A stretch of 64,000 nt of DNA, taken from a virus. Within the stretch, counting starts at the first letter, position 1. Each line of letters opens with the position of its first letter. Where the stretch lies: positions 1-64,000 of IMG/VR virus record IMGVR_UViG_3300027976_000006; one strand, written 5' to 3'. Shown here piece by piece: positions 1-9,568 of this stretch. The notes below the pieces were generated by a model. The model did no database searches. It had not been told where the DNA came from and saw nothing but the letters and a program-made list of their open reading frames with translations. The position numbers were made by a program, and so were the translations under genes.

Positions 1-2
1 CA

Positions 3-1937
3 CACGGACCACAAGGAACAAACGGGCCACAGGGTGCACACGGACCACAAGGTTCTCGTGGAGCACAAGGAACAAACGGAACAAACGGAACAAACGGGAC
101 AAACGGAACAAACGGAACAAACGGAACAAACGGAACAGACGGAACAGACGGAACAGACGGAACAGACGGAACAAACGGAGCAGCAGGGCCAGCCGGAACT
201 AACGGAACTAACGGAACTAACGGAGCAGCAGGGCCAGCCGGAACTAACGGAACTAACGGAGCAGCAGGGCCAGCCGGGCCAGCCGGAACTAACGGGACAG
301 ACGGATCGCACGGACCACAAGGACCTCAGGGGCCACAAGGACCTCAGGGGCCACAAAGCCCACAAGGAGCGCACGGACCACAAGGAGCACACGGACCACA
401 AGGATCGCACGGGCCACAGGGTGCGCACGGACCACAAGGAGCACACGGACCACAAGGATCGCACGGACCACAAGGATCGCACGGACCACAAGGATCGCAC
501 GGACCACAAGGATCGCACGGGCCGCAAGGAGCAGTCGGAACATTTGCTAATGGTACTGCTCAGTATCAAGTTCCAGTTACAAGCTCAACTCCTTTTGCAC
601 CTGTGTATACAACAGCTACAGGAACAGGGGCTCCAGTACTAGCTACTTCGCCGACTTTAGTAACTCCAGCTTTAGGTGTAGCTTCAGTAACGACTGTAAA
701 CAAAGTAACTATAACAGCACCAGCAACCGCCTCAACCCTCACCATTGCAAATGGTGCAACATTAACAGCTTCTGCGACTGCTTCCGTATCAGGAACAAAT
801 ACGGGGGATCAGACTACTATTAGCGGAAACGCAGCAACCGCAACCACAGCAACAAATATTGCGGGTGGTTTAGGTGGTTCAATTCCTTATCAGACAGGAG
901 CAAACATAACGGGAATGTTGGCAGCGGGAACAGCGGGTCAGGTGCTACAAACTAATGGATCGGTAGCAGCACCCACATGGGCAAGTCGAGTAAATTATAC
1001 CGCTAGTACTTCTGCACCTTCTAGCCCTGCAATTGGCGATCAATGGTTTGACACAAACAACGGGGCTATGCTTGTTTACATTAACGATGGAAACAGTTCG
1101 CAATGGGTAGAGGCTGGAAGCCCAAGTGTAGGTTCTTCGGCTATTCAGTCTAACGGGCGACTAACTCTTGAATCTGGTGTTCCTGTTTCTACTACGGATC
1201 AAACAGCAAAAACCGTTGTTTACTTTACCCCTTATAACGGTAATTTGATTAGCCTATACAATGGAGCAAGCTGGAATGCGTTAAGCTTTTCGGAAATATC
1301 TATAACAACCTCTGGCTTATCAGCTAATGCTAGTTACGATATATTTGCGTACGCTAATGGCACTACTGTTACTTTGGAATATAGTGCCGCTTGGACTAAC
1401 GACACAACAAGAAACAATGCTTTAGTTCTACTAAATGGTGTTTATGTTAAATCATTAGATAACACCAGAAGGTACTTAGGTTCTATTAGAAGCAACGCAT
1501 CCGCACAGTTTACAGATTCATTAGCGAATAGATTACTTTGGAACTTTAACAATAAAGTTTTGAGATCTCTTTATTTGGTAATATACGCTAGTAGCCACAG
1601 CTACAATGGAGGTGCACGGGAGTGGAACGGCGGAGCAAGTGTAACTCGACTGTATTTCATAAGCGGAATAAATGGTGAAACTTTTTTTGCTAACGGTTAT
1701 TCTGCTATTACTTCTGGTGGTTTTGCCTGTAATGCTCTCTTCGGGGTTGATTCAACTACGGTACAGTTTGGCCCCTCAACGACAGATGCCCGTAGTGCCG
1801 GTTTTACGAGACGATCAATGTCATCAGTGGGGCAAATAAATCTTGGGTTCCACTACTTGACAGGGATACAAAGCACGGAGTCGGCTGGAACAAGTACATT
1901 TTTAGATTTTGTTGCTGGCGGTTCTTTATTTTGTTAA
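3..1937 (+). CDS. Tail fibre / receptor-binding protein with N-terminal collagen-like (Gly-X-Y) region; 5' end lies outside the window
   Basis: The frame starting at nt 3 reads [13 protein letters not shown]... with no stop and runs into ORF 603..1937. Thr/Ala/Gly-rich stalk, [14 protein letters not shown] motif and [11 protein letters not shown] domain resemble phage fibres. Confidence 0.85.
   Translation, partial: HGPQGTNGPQGAHGPQGSRGAQGTNGTNGTNGTNGTNGTNGTNGTDGTDGTDGTDGTNGAAGPAGTNGTNGTNGAAGPAGTNGTNGAAGPAGPAGTNGTDGSHGPQGPQGPQGPQGPQSPQGAHGPQGAHGPQGSHGPQGAHGPQGAHGPQGSHGPQGSHGPQGSHGPQGSHGPQGAVGTFANGTAQYQVPVTSSTPFAPVYTTATGTGAPVLATSPTLVTPALGVASVTTVNKVTITAPATASTLTIANGATLTASATASVSGTNTGDQTTISGNAATATTATNIAGGLGGSIPYQTGANITGMLAAGTAGQVLQTNGSVAAPTWASRVNYTASTSAPSSPAIGDQWFDTNNGAMLVYINDGNSSQWVEAGSPSVGSSAIQSNGRLTLESGVPVSTTDQTAKTVVYFTPYNGNLISLYNGASWNALSFSEISITTSGLSANASYDIFAYANGTTVTLEYSAAWTNDTTRNNALVLLNGVYVKSLDNTRRYLGSIRSNASAQFTDSLANRLLWNFNNKVLRSLYLVIYASSHSYNGGAREWNGGASVTRLYFISGINGETFFANGYSAITSGGFACNALFGVDSTTVQFGPSTTDARSAGFTRRSMSSVGQINLGFHYLTGIQSTESAGTSTFLDFVAGGSLFC
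6..539 (+). repeat. Collagen-like Gly-X-Y coding repeats ([21 protein letters not shown])
   Basis: 9- and 18-bp tandem units such as ggaacaaac and ggaccacaaggatcgcac; Gly at every third codon. Confidence 0.95.
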
Positions 1938-1946
1938 AGGAAATTT

Positions 1947-2831
1947 ATGCCAATTGATTTTCCGTCATCGCCTTCAACGAATCAAATCTACTCTTACAAC
2001 AGTAAGTCTTGGAAATGGAACGGTGCGTCTTGGCAGAATTATACTTTGCAAGTAAGTAACATTTACGCAGCACAAGGTAGGTTGACTTTAACTTCTGGAA
2101 CGCCAGTATTAACAACAGATGTAAGCAGTTCTACTTTATACTTTACTCCTTATTCTGGGGATTTAATAAGTCTTTACGATGGATCAACTTGGGCGACTTA
2201 TTCTTTTGCAGAAAGATCCTTAGCATTAAGCGGTTTAACTTCAGCAAAAAATTACGATGTGTTTATTTATAACAACTCTGGAACTTTAACTTTAGAACTT
2301 ACTGCGTGGTCTACCGATACTGCAAGAGTTACTGCATTGGTTTTAACCAACGGTGTTTATTTAAAGTCAGGTGCTTTAACTAGAAGATACCTAGGAACAT
2401 TTAGATCGACTTCAACCAATACCACAGCAGACAGGTTAAATAACAGATTAGTCTGGAATTTATATAATCAGGTAGAACGACCAGTTAAAATGGACACTTA
2501 TACTTATTATGGTTACTCTGGTCACACATATACCACAAGTGCTTGGAGAGCGTGGAACAACGATTCAGGTTTAATAATTGGCTATGTAGTTGGGTTAGAC
2601 CGTGGAATTGCTGTTGGGTTTGGTGCCGGGGGCAGTGGTTTTACTAGTACGGCTGCTGCTTGGGATGGGGCTACACCCGCGTATGATACTATTGATCTTA
2701 ACGCAAGAGCCGGACGGACTTATTCAACAAGAGGTTCGGTTTTAGGTTATCATTTCGTAAGGATGATGCAGTATGGGCAGGCTTCGGCTACTTATATTCA
2801 AGGTTTTTTAGAAGGCACTTTTTGGTCTTAA
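1947..2831 (+). CDS. Second tail fibre protein, paralogous to the C-terminal half of the first
   Basis: Shares GRLTLxSGxPV..TTD, YFTPYxGxLISLYxG, LxNGVYxKS..TRRYLG and NRLxWN with the upstream fibre. Begins MPIDFPSSPS..WKWNG. Confidence 0.8.
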   Translation: MPIDFPSSPSTNQIYSYNSKSWKWNGASWQNYTLQVSNIYAAQGRLTLTSGTPVLTTDVSSSTLYFTPYSGDLISLYDGSTWATYSFAERSLALSGLTSAKNYDVFIYNNSGTLTLELTAWSTDTARVTALVLTNGVYLKSGALTRRYLGTFRSTSTNTTADRLNNRLVWNLYNQVERPVKMDTYTYYGYSGHTYTTSAWRAWNNDSGLIIGYVVGLDRGIAVGFGAGGSGFTSTAAAWDGATPAYDTIDLNARAGRTYSTRGSVLGYHFVRMMQYGQASATYIQGFLEGTFWS

Positions 2832-2852
2832 TACTTTTGTAAAGGAAAATTT

Positions 2853-3350
2853 ATGCTTGTTTTACTGCACGAAAAAATAAACGCTATTACTCCAATTTCA
2901 GGAGTATCCAATAACGGAGACGGTACTTACACGGTTAGTTACATAACCGAGCCGTCTGAACCTCAGCTGCTATTAATAAATAAAGCCATAGAAGGCTTTC
3001 CATTAGAAATAGCTAAAGCTCAAAAGCTAGAACAGATAGGGTCCGAGTGGTCAGCGTTTGAAAAGGCTGGATGGGATTCTGGTCTTGGTTATTCGCTAGG
3101 AATAACCCCAGCGGATGTGGCTTTACTAGTGGGGGTGTTTGCACTTGCTAAAGAGGCCGCAGCCTTAGGACTACCAATCCCTTCTGTTATCAGTACTACC
3201 AATACAGTAATAAGCTTTACATCTATTGCCGAGATGACTATGCTGCTTTTACAATACGGTCAAGCTCGATCCACTATGGCGACGGTATATGCAGCTAGAA
3301 GAAAAGCGGTTGAAGTTGCTTTAACTGTCGAAGAACTAGTAGGAGTTTGA
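2853..3350 (+). CDS. Putative tail fibre assembly/chaperone protein (DUF4376-like)
   Basis: Follows the fibre genes; AKAQKLEQI N-terminal helix and AVEVALTVEELVGV C-terminus. Confidence 0.5.
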   Translation: MLVLLHEKINAITPISGVSNNGDGTYTVSYITEPSEPQLLLINKAIEGFPLEIAKAQKLEQIGSEWSAFEKAGWDSGLGYSLGITPADVALLVGVFALAKEAAALGLPIPSVISTTNTVISFTSIAEMTMLLLQYGQARSTMATVYAARRKAVEVALTVEELVGV

Positions 3351-3351
3351 T

Positions 3352-3999
3352 ATGCCTGTATCTGATTCCACGGAAGATCCTTGTGACTGCGGAGATGAGC
3401 CCCCTTGCGAAGAGTGCGAGCACTATGCAACGTATACGGCATATACAAACAGTGGCGGGACATGCGGGTGCTGCTACGTATCTATTATAGTGAAACAGAG
3501 GAATGATTCTGGAGGGTACACAGGAAATTATTATTCTGCGCTTCATGACATAATAGCAGCTTACAGCTGTCCTAGCGCAAATGACCCATGTCAATCACTT
3601 ACCGCAGAGTGCGAAGGCTCAAAAAGTTATTACTTTTCTTCCGGCCCCACCTGCTCAAGCCCATGCTGCGTATCGCAAATTTGCGTACAGGGGCCAGGAG
3701 GAAACTATTATTACGAAAATTATGAATACCACAGGAGTAGCGAGGAGGACTGCTACTCGCCACGCGATTCTACTATTTGTGATGCCGACCATGTCGGACA
3801 CATTCTTGAGGGAAATGGTATTCAAACCACGATTGCGGAAGGGTGCCCTTCGCAAGCCTGTTCATCTGAGGCATGTAGTTGGGTTGAAGAAACTCCCTGC
3901 CCTTACGGCTGTACATCATCTCCGCCGTACCCAGACCCCACACCCCCATGTGAAGGTACCGTGGAAGTTGTATGCATAGGGACATGCTGTGACGATTAA
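3352..3999 (+). CDS. Cysteine-rich protein; the Cys-rich frame continues past the stop to 4176
   Basis: Very high Cys content; starts immediately after the previous stop. Confidence 0.7.
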   Translation: MPVSDSTEDPCDCGDEPPCEECEHYATYTAYTNSGGTCGCCYVSIIVKQRNDSGGYTGNYYSALHDIIAAYSCPSANDPCQSLTAECEGSKSYYFSSGPTCSSPCCVSQICVQGPGGNYYYENYEYHRSSEEDCYSPRDSTICDADHVGHILEGNGIQTTIAEGCPSQACSSEACSWVEETPCPYGCTSSPPYPDPTPPCEGTVEVVCIGTCCDD

Positions 4000-4194
4000 A
4001 CACCATGTGGCGGGACTTGTACATTTGAGTGCTACGAGTTTAGTGGGACTTATGGGCTACGCACAACAACTGACTGCACAGACCCAGGATGTATGTGCGT
4101 TTACAGTATTACGGACTACCCTTGCGATTCCAGTAATATAGGACAAAGCCGCACTATTTCTTGTTCGGTTAGGTAGTCGGCTTAGATATGTTAT

Positions 4195-4488
4195 TTAGTC
4201 TTTAAACGCTACAAACCTATTGCGTACAAACAATAGGTTTGCAAAGAATCCACAAAAGGCTAAAACCAAGTAATCAGAATACATAGGTTCTTTTAGCTGC
4301 TCTAAAGGATTAATTAAAAAAGAAATTCCCAAAGAGAACCAAAAGCTGCTGCACTCATGGCAGAGCATAGCCGCTCTGATATAAGGAATTCTGGCTACTA
4401 AGTTGCGAGCCGGCGCTGACACATCTGTGTCGGTCCAAGCGTACGTAACACCTAGGCATACAGTTAGATAAATTATAAATAGTGTCAT
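4195..4488 (-). CDS. Small membrane protein (DUF1360-like CxxC..W)
   Basis: Hydrophobic segments; LCHECSSFW motif; 4-bp overlap with its upstream gene. Confidence 0.55.
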   Translation of the reverse strand: MTLFIIYLTVCLGVTYAWTDTDVSAPARNLVARIPYIRAAMLCHECSSFWFSLGISFLINPLEQLKEPMYSDYLVLAFCGFFANLLFVRNRFVAFKD

Positions 4489-4895
4489 AAAAAGTATACC
4501 GTCAATTCGTTATTCTCTTTTACGACAGAAAATCCTCTAAACATTTTACCCATCAAACTTTCTTGAAAAGTCTTCCAAGATTCTGCACTGGCCCCCACTT
4601 TAAATGTTTTACCCGAAATATTGTTTTCGGCCCTCTTTAATTTTAGAAGATCCATCTCTGTCGCTATTTCTTTTGTGTGGTACTTAGTCAACAACAAAGG
4701 ATCAACAACGGATTGATCGGCAAAAAACTTGCCTACCCTACCTCGGCAAGAGCAGTTAGGGTTTAACTTAAGGCTGGTCAAGTCCGCCAATAGGCTTGGG
4801 AACTCGTCTTTCATTTTTTTAAACTTGTCTTCGTCTCTTATGATTATGCTTATAAGATCCGGAAGAACCGACTGATCATAAACTATGTCGCTCAT
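4485..4895 (-). CDS. Hypothetical protein (NPNCSC motif)
   Basis: ORF with a purine-rich RBS on the minus strand; coupled to the downstream gene. Confidence 0.65.
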   Translation of the reverse strand: MSDIVYDQSVLPDLISIIIRDEDKFKKMKDEFPSLLADLTSLKLNPNCSCRGRVGKFFADQSVVDPLLLTKYHTKEIATEMDLLKLKRAENNISGKTFKVGASAESWKTFQESLMGKMFRGFSVVKENNELTVYFL

Positions 4896-5025
4896 ATTTT
4901 ACCCTTTCGAATTTTGAATCGTAAACCACCCCACAAATATTAACTATTAATTTGAAAAAATCAAGGTTTATTATTAGGATAAGTAAAGTTATAAACACAA
5001 TAAGTTTAAAGATTGGATACATTCG

Positions 5026-5355
5026 ATGAAACAACGAGTTGCAATTCGACTAAGTATGGAAGACCCGCAAGATCTAGCTCCGCTTGAACAGGCTTATTGC
5101 GTACTTTCAGAAGTACTTATGAATCTTGAGCTGGAAGCTATTATTGTTGTGTTTAAATGTTGGCGTAATGAACAAGCATTTCTTGCCAATCGTAAATCGT
5201 TTAACACGATTCAAATACCTTTTGAGCCAGAAGAAGGTGGAAAAGAGTTTTTTCAAAATTGGAACAAGACTAGCGGCTACCTTCAGCTAAACGATTATTT
5301 AAAACAGCATTGTTTAAAGCACCCACTCTTAGCACAAGCGAAGATATGTGAATAA
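5026..5355 (+). CDS. Hypothetical protein
   Basis: ORF overlapping the start of the glycosyltransferase. Confidence 0.6.
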   Translation: MKQRVAIRLSMEDPQDLAPLEQAYCVLSEVLMNLELEAIIVVFKCWRNEQAFLANRKSFNTIQIPFEPEEGGKEFFQNWNKTSGYLQLNDYLKQHCLKHPLLAQAKICE

Positions 5356-7297
5356 AACGCAACTGGTTATTAAGCATAAATGGGCATTGGGCGACACTGT
5401 GTTACTGACCGCACTCGTCCGAGATATCCATCGAGCATACCCAGAGCGTTATCAAATTCTAGTTGATACCAATTGGACAAATGTTTGGTGGAACAATCCT
5501 TATGTTTTACCTAAAAATACAACTATATCAAGCCGGGCCACGCAAGTAGAAATAGGCTGGGGCGATGCTATCCGCTGGAACTCTTACGCTAAGTACGGAG
5601 ATCGGCGAGAGATGAAACACATCCTAGCTTGGTACCATTACGATTTTGAGCGCAAAACTAATATTCATATCCCAGTCACCGATCCTTGGCCGGACTTGCA
5701 TATGTCCGAACAAGAGCTGATTCCTCGGATTAATGGTAATTACTGGGTCATCCTGTCAGGAGGAAAGCTTGATCTTACTGCCAAACACTGGCATGCACAT
5801 CGAGCACAAGAAGTAGTGGATAAGCTCATAACCAGAGGCATCCGCTGTGTTCAAGCTGGAGCTGCCCATGCCAACCATATCCATCCACCGTTACAAAATA
5901 CTACTGATATGCTAGGTAAAACTGAGAATGTAAGAGACCTGTGGAATATTATTCGTTATTCTGACGGGGTTATTTGTGGTGTAACAGGTGCAATGCACAT
6001 TGCGGCTGCGTTTGAAAAGCCTTGTGTGGTTTACGCAGGCGGTCGAGAAGACCCTTGGTTTGAAGCTTATGTAAATGCGTTTCAAGCTTTTGGCCCTACC
6101 GCGAACCCAGTACGAGTAGAGCATAAGTTTTTACACACTATTGGGCTGCTGGAATGTTGCGAAATACAAGGTTGTTGGAAAAACCGAACTGTAGCTTTAG
6201 ATCCGCAAGACTTGACAAAAAAGGCACATACTCTTTGCAGGCAGCCGGTACGCTCCAGCGATTCGCACCCAGTTCCAAAGTGTCAGGATTTAATTTCTTC
6301 AGACCATGTTGTGGAGGCAGTTATGGACTACTACAGGCAATCAGTATTTCCTCCTATTAAAATTCCAACTGTAAGCATAGTGCAGGTGCAAGACGGTAAT
6401 CCTGTGCCAATAGCCCCGGTACAGGTCAGCAGAGAACCTTCTGTTGACAGTAAAGTACAACAACCCTATCAAAAAGTTCACCCACAAGAGCTTACAAAAT
6501 CGGGAGTTGGGCAGATAAAACGAAGTCTGCCTATTATGGATAACCCGATAATAGGGGGTAAGCTGACTATCTGTGTTCTTTGTTATGGCCCTTATCCGGA
6601 ATTGGCTAAAACTTGTCTATCCAGCATTTTAGCTACCGTACCCGCCGAGCGCTTAGATTTGCGGATCGGGCTTAACGATGTCCACCCAGACACATTTGCT
6701 TATGTTAAAACATTGCCAGCTACAAAGATTTACGCAAACAACCTTAACCGTTACAAGTACCCCGTTATGCGTGATATGTTTTGGGATGCGCAACGGCCTA
6801 TCACCACTAATTATGTGGTGTGGTTTGATGACGACACTTGGGTAGTTACTCCAAACTGGATTACTGATCTATGCCATACCATTGTTGAAAATCATCCTAA
6901 CAATTATCGTATGTTTGGGTCTTTGATGTATCACGATTTAGCTATGTACGCCAAAAACGGCAACGATCCTACTGCCTGGTTTAAAGCTGCTGACTGGTAT
7001 CAAGGGCGTAACTTTAGAATGCGCGGTAGCCAGAAAGAACAGCCTAATGGCAGTGTAATTGACTTTGCGGTAGGGTGGTGCTGGGCTGTGGCAACAGAAG
7101 CCATACGCAAAGCAAACATTCCCGACATACGGCTTATGCACAACGGGGGAGACATAGCTTGCGGAGAAGCCATACATCAAGCTGGCTTTAATGTTAAAAA
7201 GTGGAATTTAGGAAAAGCTCTGGTAGCCTGCCCAAGCCGGGAACAAGGCGGGAGACGAGGATACTCTGAAAAATTCTTATGGGACAATAAAATTTAA
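5348..7297 (+). CDS. Two-domain glycosyltransferase: GT9 (heptosyltransferase-like, GT-B) plus GT-A-like C-terminal domain
   Basis: ALGDTVLLTALVRDI, AKHW, DMLGKT..RDL and VTGAMHIAAAFEKPCVV match GT9. The C-terminal domain has WFDDD (DxD). Confidence 0.8.
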   Translation: MNKTQLVIKHKWALGDTVLLTALVRDIHRAYPERYQILVDTNWTNVWWNNPYVLPKNTTISSRATQVEIGWGDAIRWNSYAKYGDRREMKHILAWYHYDFERKTNIHIPVTDPWPDLHMSEQELIPRINGNYWVILSGGKLDLTAKHWHAHRAQEVVDKLITRGIRCVQAGAAHANHIHPPLQNTTDMLGKTENVRDLWNIIRYSDGVICGVTGAMHIAAAFEKPCVVYAGGREDPWFEAYVNAFQAFGPTANPVRVEHKFLHTIGLLECCEIQGCWKNRTVALDPQDLTKKAHTLCRQPVRSSDSHPVPKCQDLISSDHVVEAVMDYYRQSVFPPIKIPTVSIVQVQDGNPVPIAPVQVSREPSVDSKVQQPYQKVHPQELTKSGVGQIKRSLPIMDNPIIGGKLTICVLCYGPYPELAKTCLSSILATVPAERLDLRIGLNDVHPDTFAYVKTLPATKIYANNLNRYKYPVMRDMFWDAQRPITTNYVVWFDDDTWVVTPNWITDLCHTIVENHPNNYRMFGSLMYHDLAMYAKNGNDPTAWFKAADWYQGRNFRMRGSQKEQPNGSVIDFAVGWCWAVATEAIRKANIPDIRLMHNGGDIACGEAIHQAGFNVKKWNLGKALVACPSREQGGRRGYSEKFLWDNKI

Positions 7298-7620
7298 TGT
7301 TAATTTTTGATCACAACATAATGTACACATTGTGGCAGGATACGCTATTTTGGGAATGTGTTCCTTGCTTTGAAAACTACCGGGAAGAAGCCGAGGAAGT
7401 GGCGGCACAAGCGAATATTTTACAAAGTAGCCTAAAAGTAAAACATAGTTTACTGTATACTTTATGGTTGCAACTACTACAAGAGTGGGTGACAACGAAG
7501 CCCAATAACATAGAACAGCTAGTTGCCTATATTCAGAAAAAACGAAAACATTGTGTTGAAGCTATCGTACTGCCGCTTGTAGCTGGGCAAAAAGATCAAG
7601 TGTTTCTTTTTAGGAATTAA
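7297..7620 (+). CDS. Hypothetical protein
   Basis: TAATG coupling to the previous gene. Confidence 0.6.
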   Translation: MLIFDHNIMYTLWQDTLFWECVPCFENYREEAEEVAAQANILQSSLKVKHSLLYTLWLQLLQEWVTTKPNNIEQLVAYIQKKRKHCVEAIVLPLVAGQKDQVFLFRN

Positions 7621-7624
7621 TTAC

Positions 7625-8044
7625 ATGACTCGGCGCATATGCCTTACTAGATCGGCAACCACAACCACTGAGCAGGTTAATTATGGAACCTACAGACTAC
7701 GCGTTGATGCCACGTTAGCGGAAGGAGCAGACCTCGACAACAACATCTTTGTATACAGGCATAATTCCCCAAGTCCGTATACTACACTACCTACGGATAT
7801 ATTTGAGGCGGTGGCAGGGCCACAACAGTTGGCGAATATACCAGCAGGGGCTGCCGATCCTAACCTAAGCTGGCCTTACTATCGCTTAGCCCATATCGAA
7901 CTAGATGTAGCTTCCACGGCCCAGGCAGATTCGATATGGACAGAAATTAAAGCAGAAGTGCAAGCACTTCTAAAAGCCATGGATCGGCTAGAACAGCTAC
8001 AAGTAATTCAAACTGTATGGTTTCCATCACCACCGCCTCCCTAG
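7625..8044 (+). CDS. Hypothetical protein (possibly virion-associated)
   Basis: ORF within the operon. Confidence 0.65.
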   Translation: MTRRICLTRSATTTTEQVNYGTYRLRVDATLAEGADLDNNIFVYRHNSPSPYTTLPTDIFEAVAGPQQLANIPAGAADPNLSWPYYRLAHIELDVASTAQADSIWTEIKAEVQALLKAMDRLEQLQVIQTVWFPSPPPP

Positions 8045-8062
8045 AAACAAGGAATACGAACT

Positions 8063-8368
8063 ATGGCCGAATTAAACAAACTATTGATTTTGGAAGAGTC
8101 TGTGCTGCTAGGCATGATTAACAATCCAAACTTCGTAAAAGAATTTCCATTTCTTACTGGAGCTGAAGGCGTCATCAAGGCTAAGGCAACTGGATGCGGT
8201 CGTTGTAACCAGAACGCAGGAAGACGCATTCAAGCACTTAATGGGATTAAACAATCAATCATTTCTATGAGCGTAGAGCAGAAGCAAAAGCTTAAACAAA
8301 TGGTAAATTCTGAAAAAGTCCGTGTTCTTATATCTGCCAATGGTAAGGTTACTGCACATACTTTCTAA
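8063..8368 (+). CDS. Hypothetical protein (GCGRC motif)
   Basis: AAGGA RBS; last gene before the repeated promoter. Confidence 0.65.
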   Translation: MAELNKLLILEESVLLGMINNPNFVKEFPFLTGAEGVIKAKATGCGRCNQNAGRRIQALNGIKQSIISMSVEQKQKLKQMVNSEKVRVLISANGKVTAHTF

Positions 8369-8422
8369 ACCTAAATAATAGGCAAATCCGTGTCATTATT
8401 ATATAGAGGGAAACCTTAACTA
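8369..8422 (+). promoter_or_regulatory. Repeated promoter-like element, copy 1
   Basis: acctaaataataggcaaatccgtgtcattattatatagagggaaaccttaacta; near-identical copies at 9449-9502 and 10081-10133; AT-rich -10-like box; each copy precedes a gene. Confidence 0.75.
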
Positions 8423-8472
8423 ATGTGTGTTAAGGTTGATCCTTTGTTTCTTTGTTTCTATGGGAGATACAT

Positions 8473-8784
8473 ATGTTCGATAGAATGATTATGGATTACA
8501 ATACTGGTTTGACCGAGAGCATCTTGGTTAGGATCAACAAGGAATTCTACGTAGGCCTAAACGGCCTACGTCAGCTCATGGGCGGGGGTAGCATGATTAC
8601 CCCAAAACTCTTGGGCCAGGTGCTAGGGTCCACCTACGGCATCTCCAGGGATCCAGCTGCCTTCTGGCACGTGTACTCGCAGTATATCGTCCAGGAAGCG
8701 GGGGATACTCCAATTTCCAAAACACAATTGGAAAGAGACCGGAAAAAGTTTATAGCGGCATTCGTCTCTTACCTACAATACTAA
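8473..8784 (+). CDS. Cassette 1 hypothetical protein
   Basis: GGGAG RBS before ATG 8473, in frame with ORF 8452..8784. Confidence 0.7.
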   Translation: MFDRMIMDYNTGLTESILVRINKEFYVGLNGLRQLMGGGSMITPKLLGQVLGSTYGISRDPAAFWHVYSQYIVQEAGDTPISKTQLERDRKKFIAAFVSYLQY

Positions 8785-8791
8785 ACATAAT

Positions 8792-8828
8792 CCCACCAAT
8801 ACCCTCGGGTGTTGGTGGGCTTTTTTTT
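8792..8828 (+). terminator. Intrinsic terminator
   Basis: cccaccaataccc-tc-gggtgttggtggg hairpin followed by T8. Confidence 0.85.
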
Positions 8829-8840
8829 AGCTATTAGGCG

Positions 8841-9242
8841 TTGGCTGGGTATTTTGGGCATTTTTGGGCAAAAGCGGAAGAAGGGTCAATCCCCGATAGG
8901 ATGGCACAGCACATCTCGCCGACTGGTAGTTGGGTAAGCGGCACGGGTCGCTTCTCAGTAACAATAAACCCACAAACTGCAGTGGTGTCGATCGACATAA
9001 ACCGCAAGGGCTACGGCCCAGTGGTTTATGTTGAAGGAAACCTCGGGGCTATGCCCCGAGTTAAGTTAATTGGCAAATGGAAGATTCGACATCTGCAGGC
9101 AGCTAAAGCTTTGTTAGACGAACTTTTCGGGGTCGCAGGTGCTGATATTCTGTACAAGGAAGTAGAAAAATCGGATTATTTCCCGCGGGAAGAGGCTCAC
9201 CCCACCTCCCGCTTTTTAAACCCCCCAATCTACAAGGCGTAA
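8841..9242 (+). CDS. Hypothetical protein (start uncertain)
   Basis: 133-aa ORF between a terminator and the ncRNA. Confidence 0.5.
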   Translation: MAGYFGHFWAKAEEGSIPDRMAQHISPTGSWVSGTGRFSVTINPQTAVVSIDINRKGYGPVVYVEGNLGAMPRVKLIGKWKIRHLQAAKALLDELFGVAGADILYKEVEKSDYFPREEAHPTSRFLNPPIYKA

Positions 9243-9259
9243 GTGCGTCATAATAGAAT

Positions 9260-9436
9260 GATAGACATACCTGTTAGGGGTAGTTTGTAAGGCAAACGAA
9301 AGATCTCTGCAGGGGTCTGGATACTTACAAACTACACTAACTCAAATCAATGAGTTAGTTAGCGTCCCTGTATGTCTATCTCTCAGCAGACTTCCAAACC
9401 CAGCTGCCCTTCGGGGTAGTTGGGTTTATTTTTTTT
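9260..9436 (+). ncRNA. Candidate structured non-coding RNA (multi-stem junction) with its own promoter and terminator
   Basis: Stems gatagacatac/gtatgtctatc (11 bp), gtagtttgtaag/cttacaaactac (12 bp), ctaactca/tgagttag (8 bp) and agatctc/ggggtct; no ORF; promoter-like gcgtcataat upstream. Confidence 0.65.
9396..9436 (+). terminator. Intrinsic terminator (identical copy at 10028-10068)
   Basis: aaacccagctgccc-ttcg-gggtagttgggttt followed by a T-tract. Confidence 0.9.
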
Positions 9437-9448
9437 AGGTATTGTCAT

Positions 9449-9502
9449 ACCTAAATAATGGGCAAATCCGTGTCATTATTATATAGAGGGAAACCTTAAC
9501 TA
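9449..9502 (+). promoter_or_regulatory. Repeated promoter-like element, copy 2
   Basis: One mismatch to copy 1. Confidence 0.75.
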
Positions 9503-9503
9503 T

Positions 9504-9568
9504 AGCAGAGGACACCCCCTTGGGTGTAATGCACTGTGGCTTCTTAGCCACACCGGTTCCAAGTCCGG
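9504..9568 (+). ncRNA. Twister-like self-cleaving ribozyme (circularly permuted) in a 5' leader
   Basis: GCA-GA-GGA-[CACCC cctt GGGTG]-TAA-TGC-AC-[TGTGGC ttctta GCCACA]-[CCGG TTCCAAGT CCGG]. P1, P2, P3, P4 and both pseudoknots (TCC/GGA, AC/GT) fit the twister fold. Confidence 0.75.

Noticed and set aside
34-642. ORFs 34..642 (TEQ/TDHK repeats) and 289..543
   Set aside because: Shadow frames of the collagen Gly-X-Y frame, which is continuous with the tail fibre.
9285-9325. c-di-GMP-I riboswitch (GGCAAAC...GAAA)
   Set aside because: Only a short motif matches. The GNRA-capped P2 and receptor P3 architecture is missing, and the RNA is followed by a terminator and then a new promoter, not a regulated gene.
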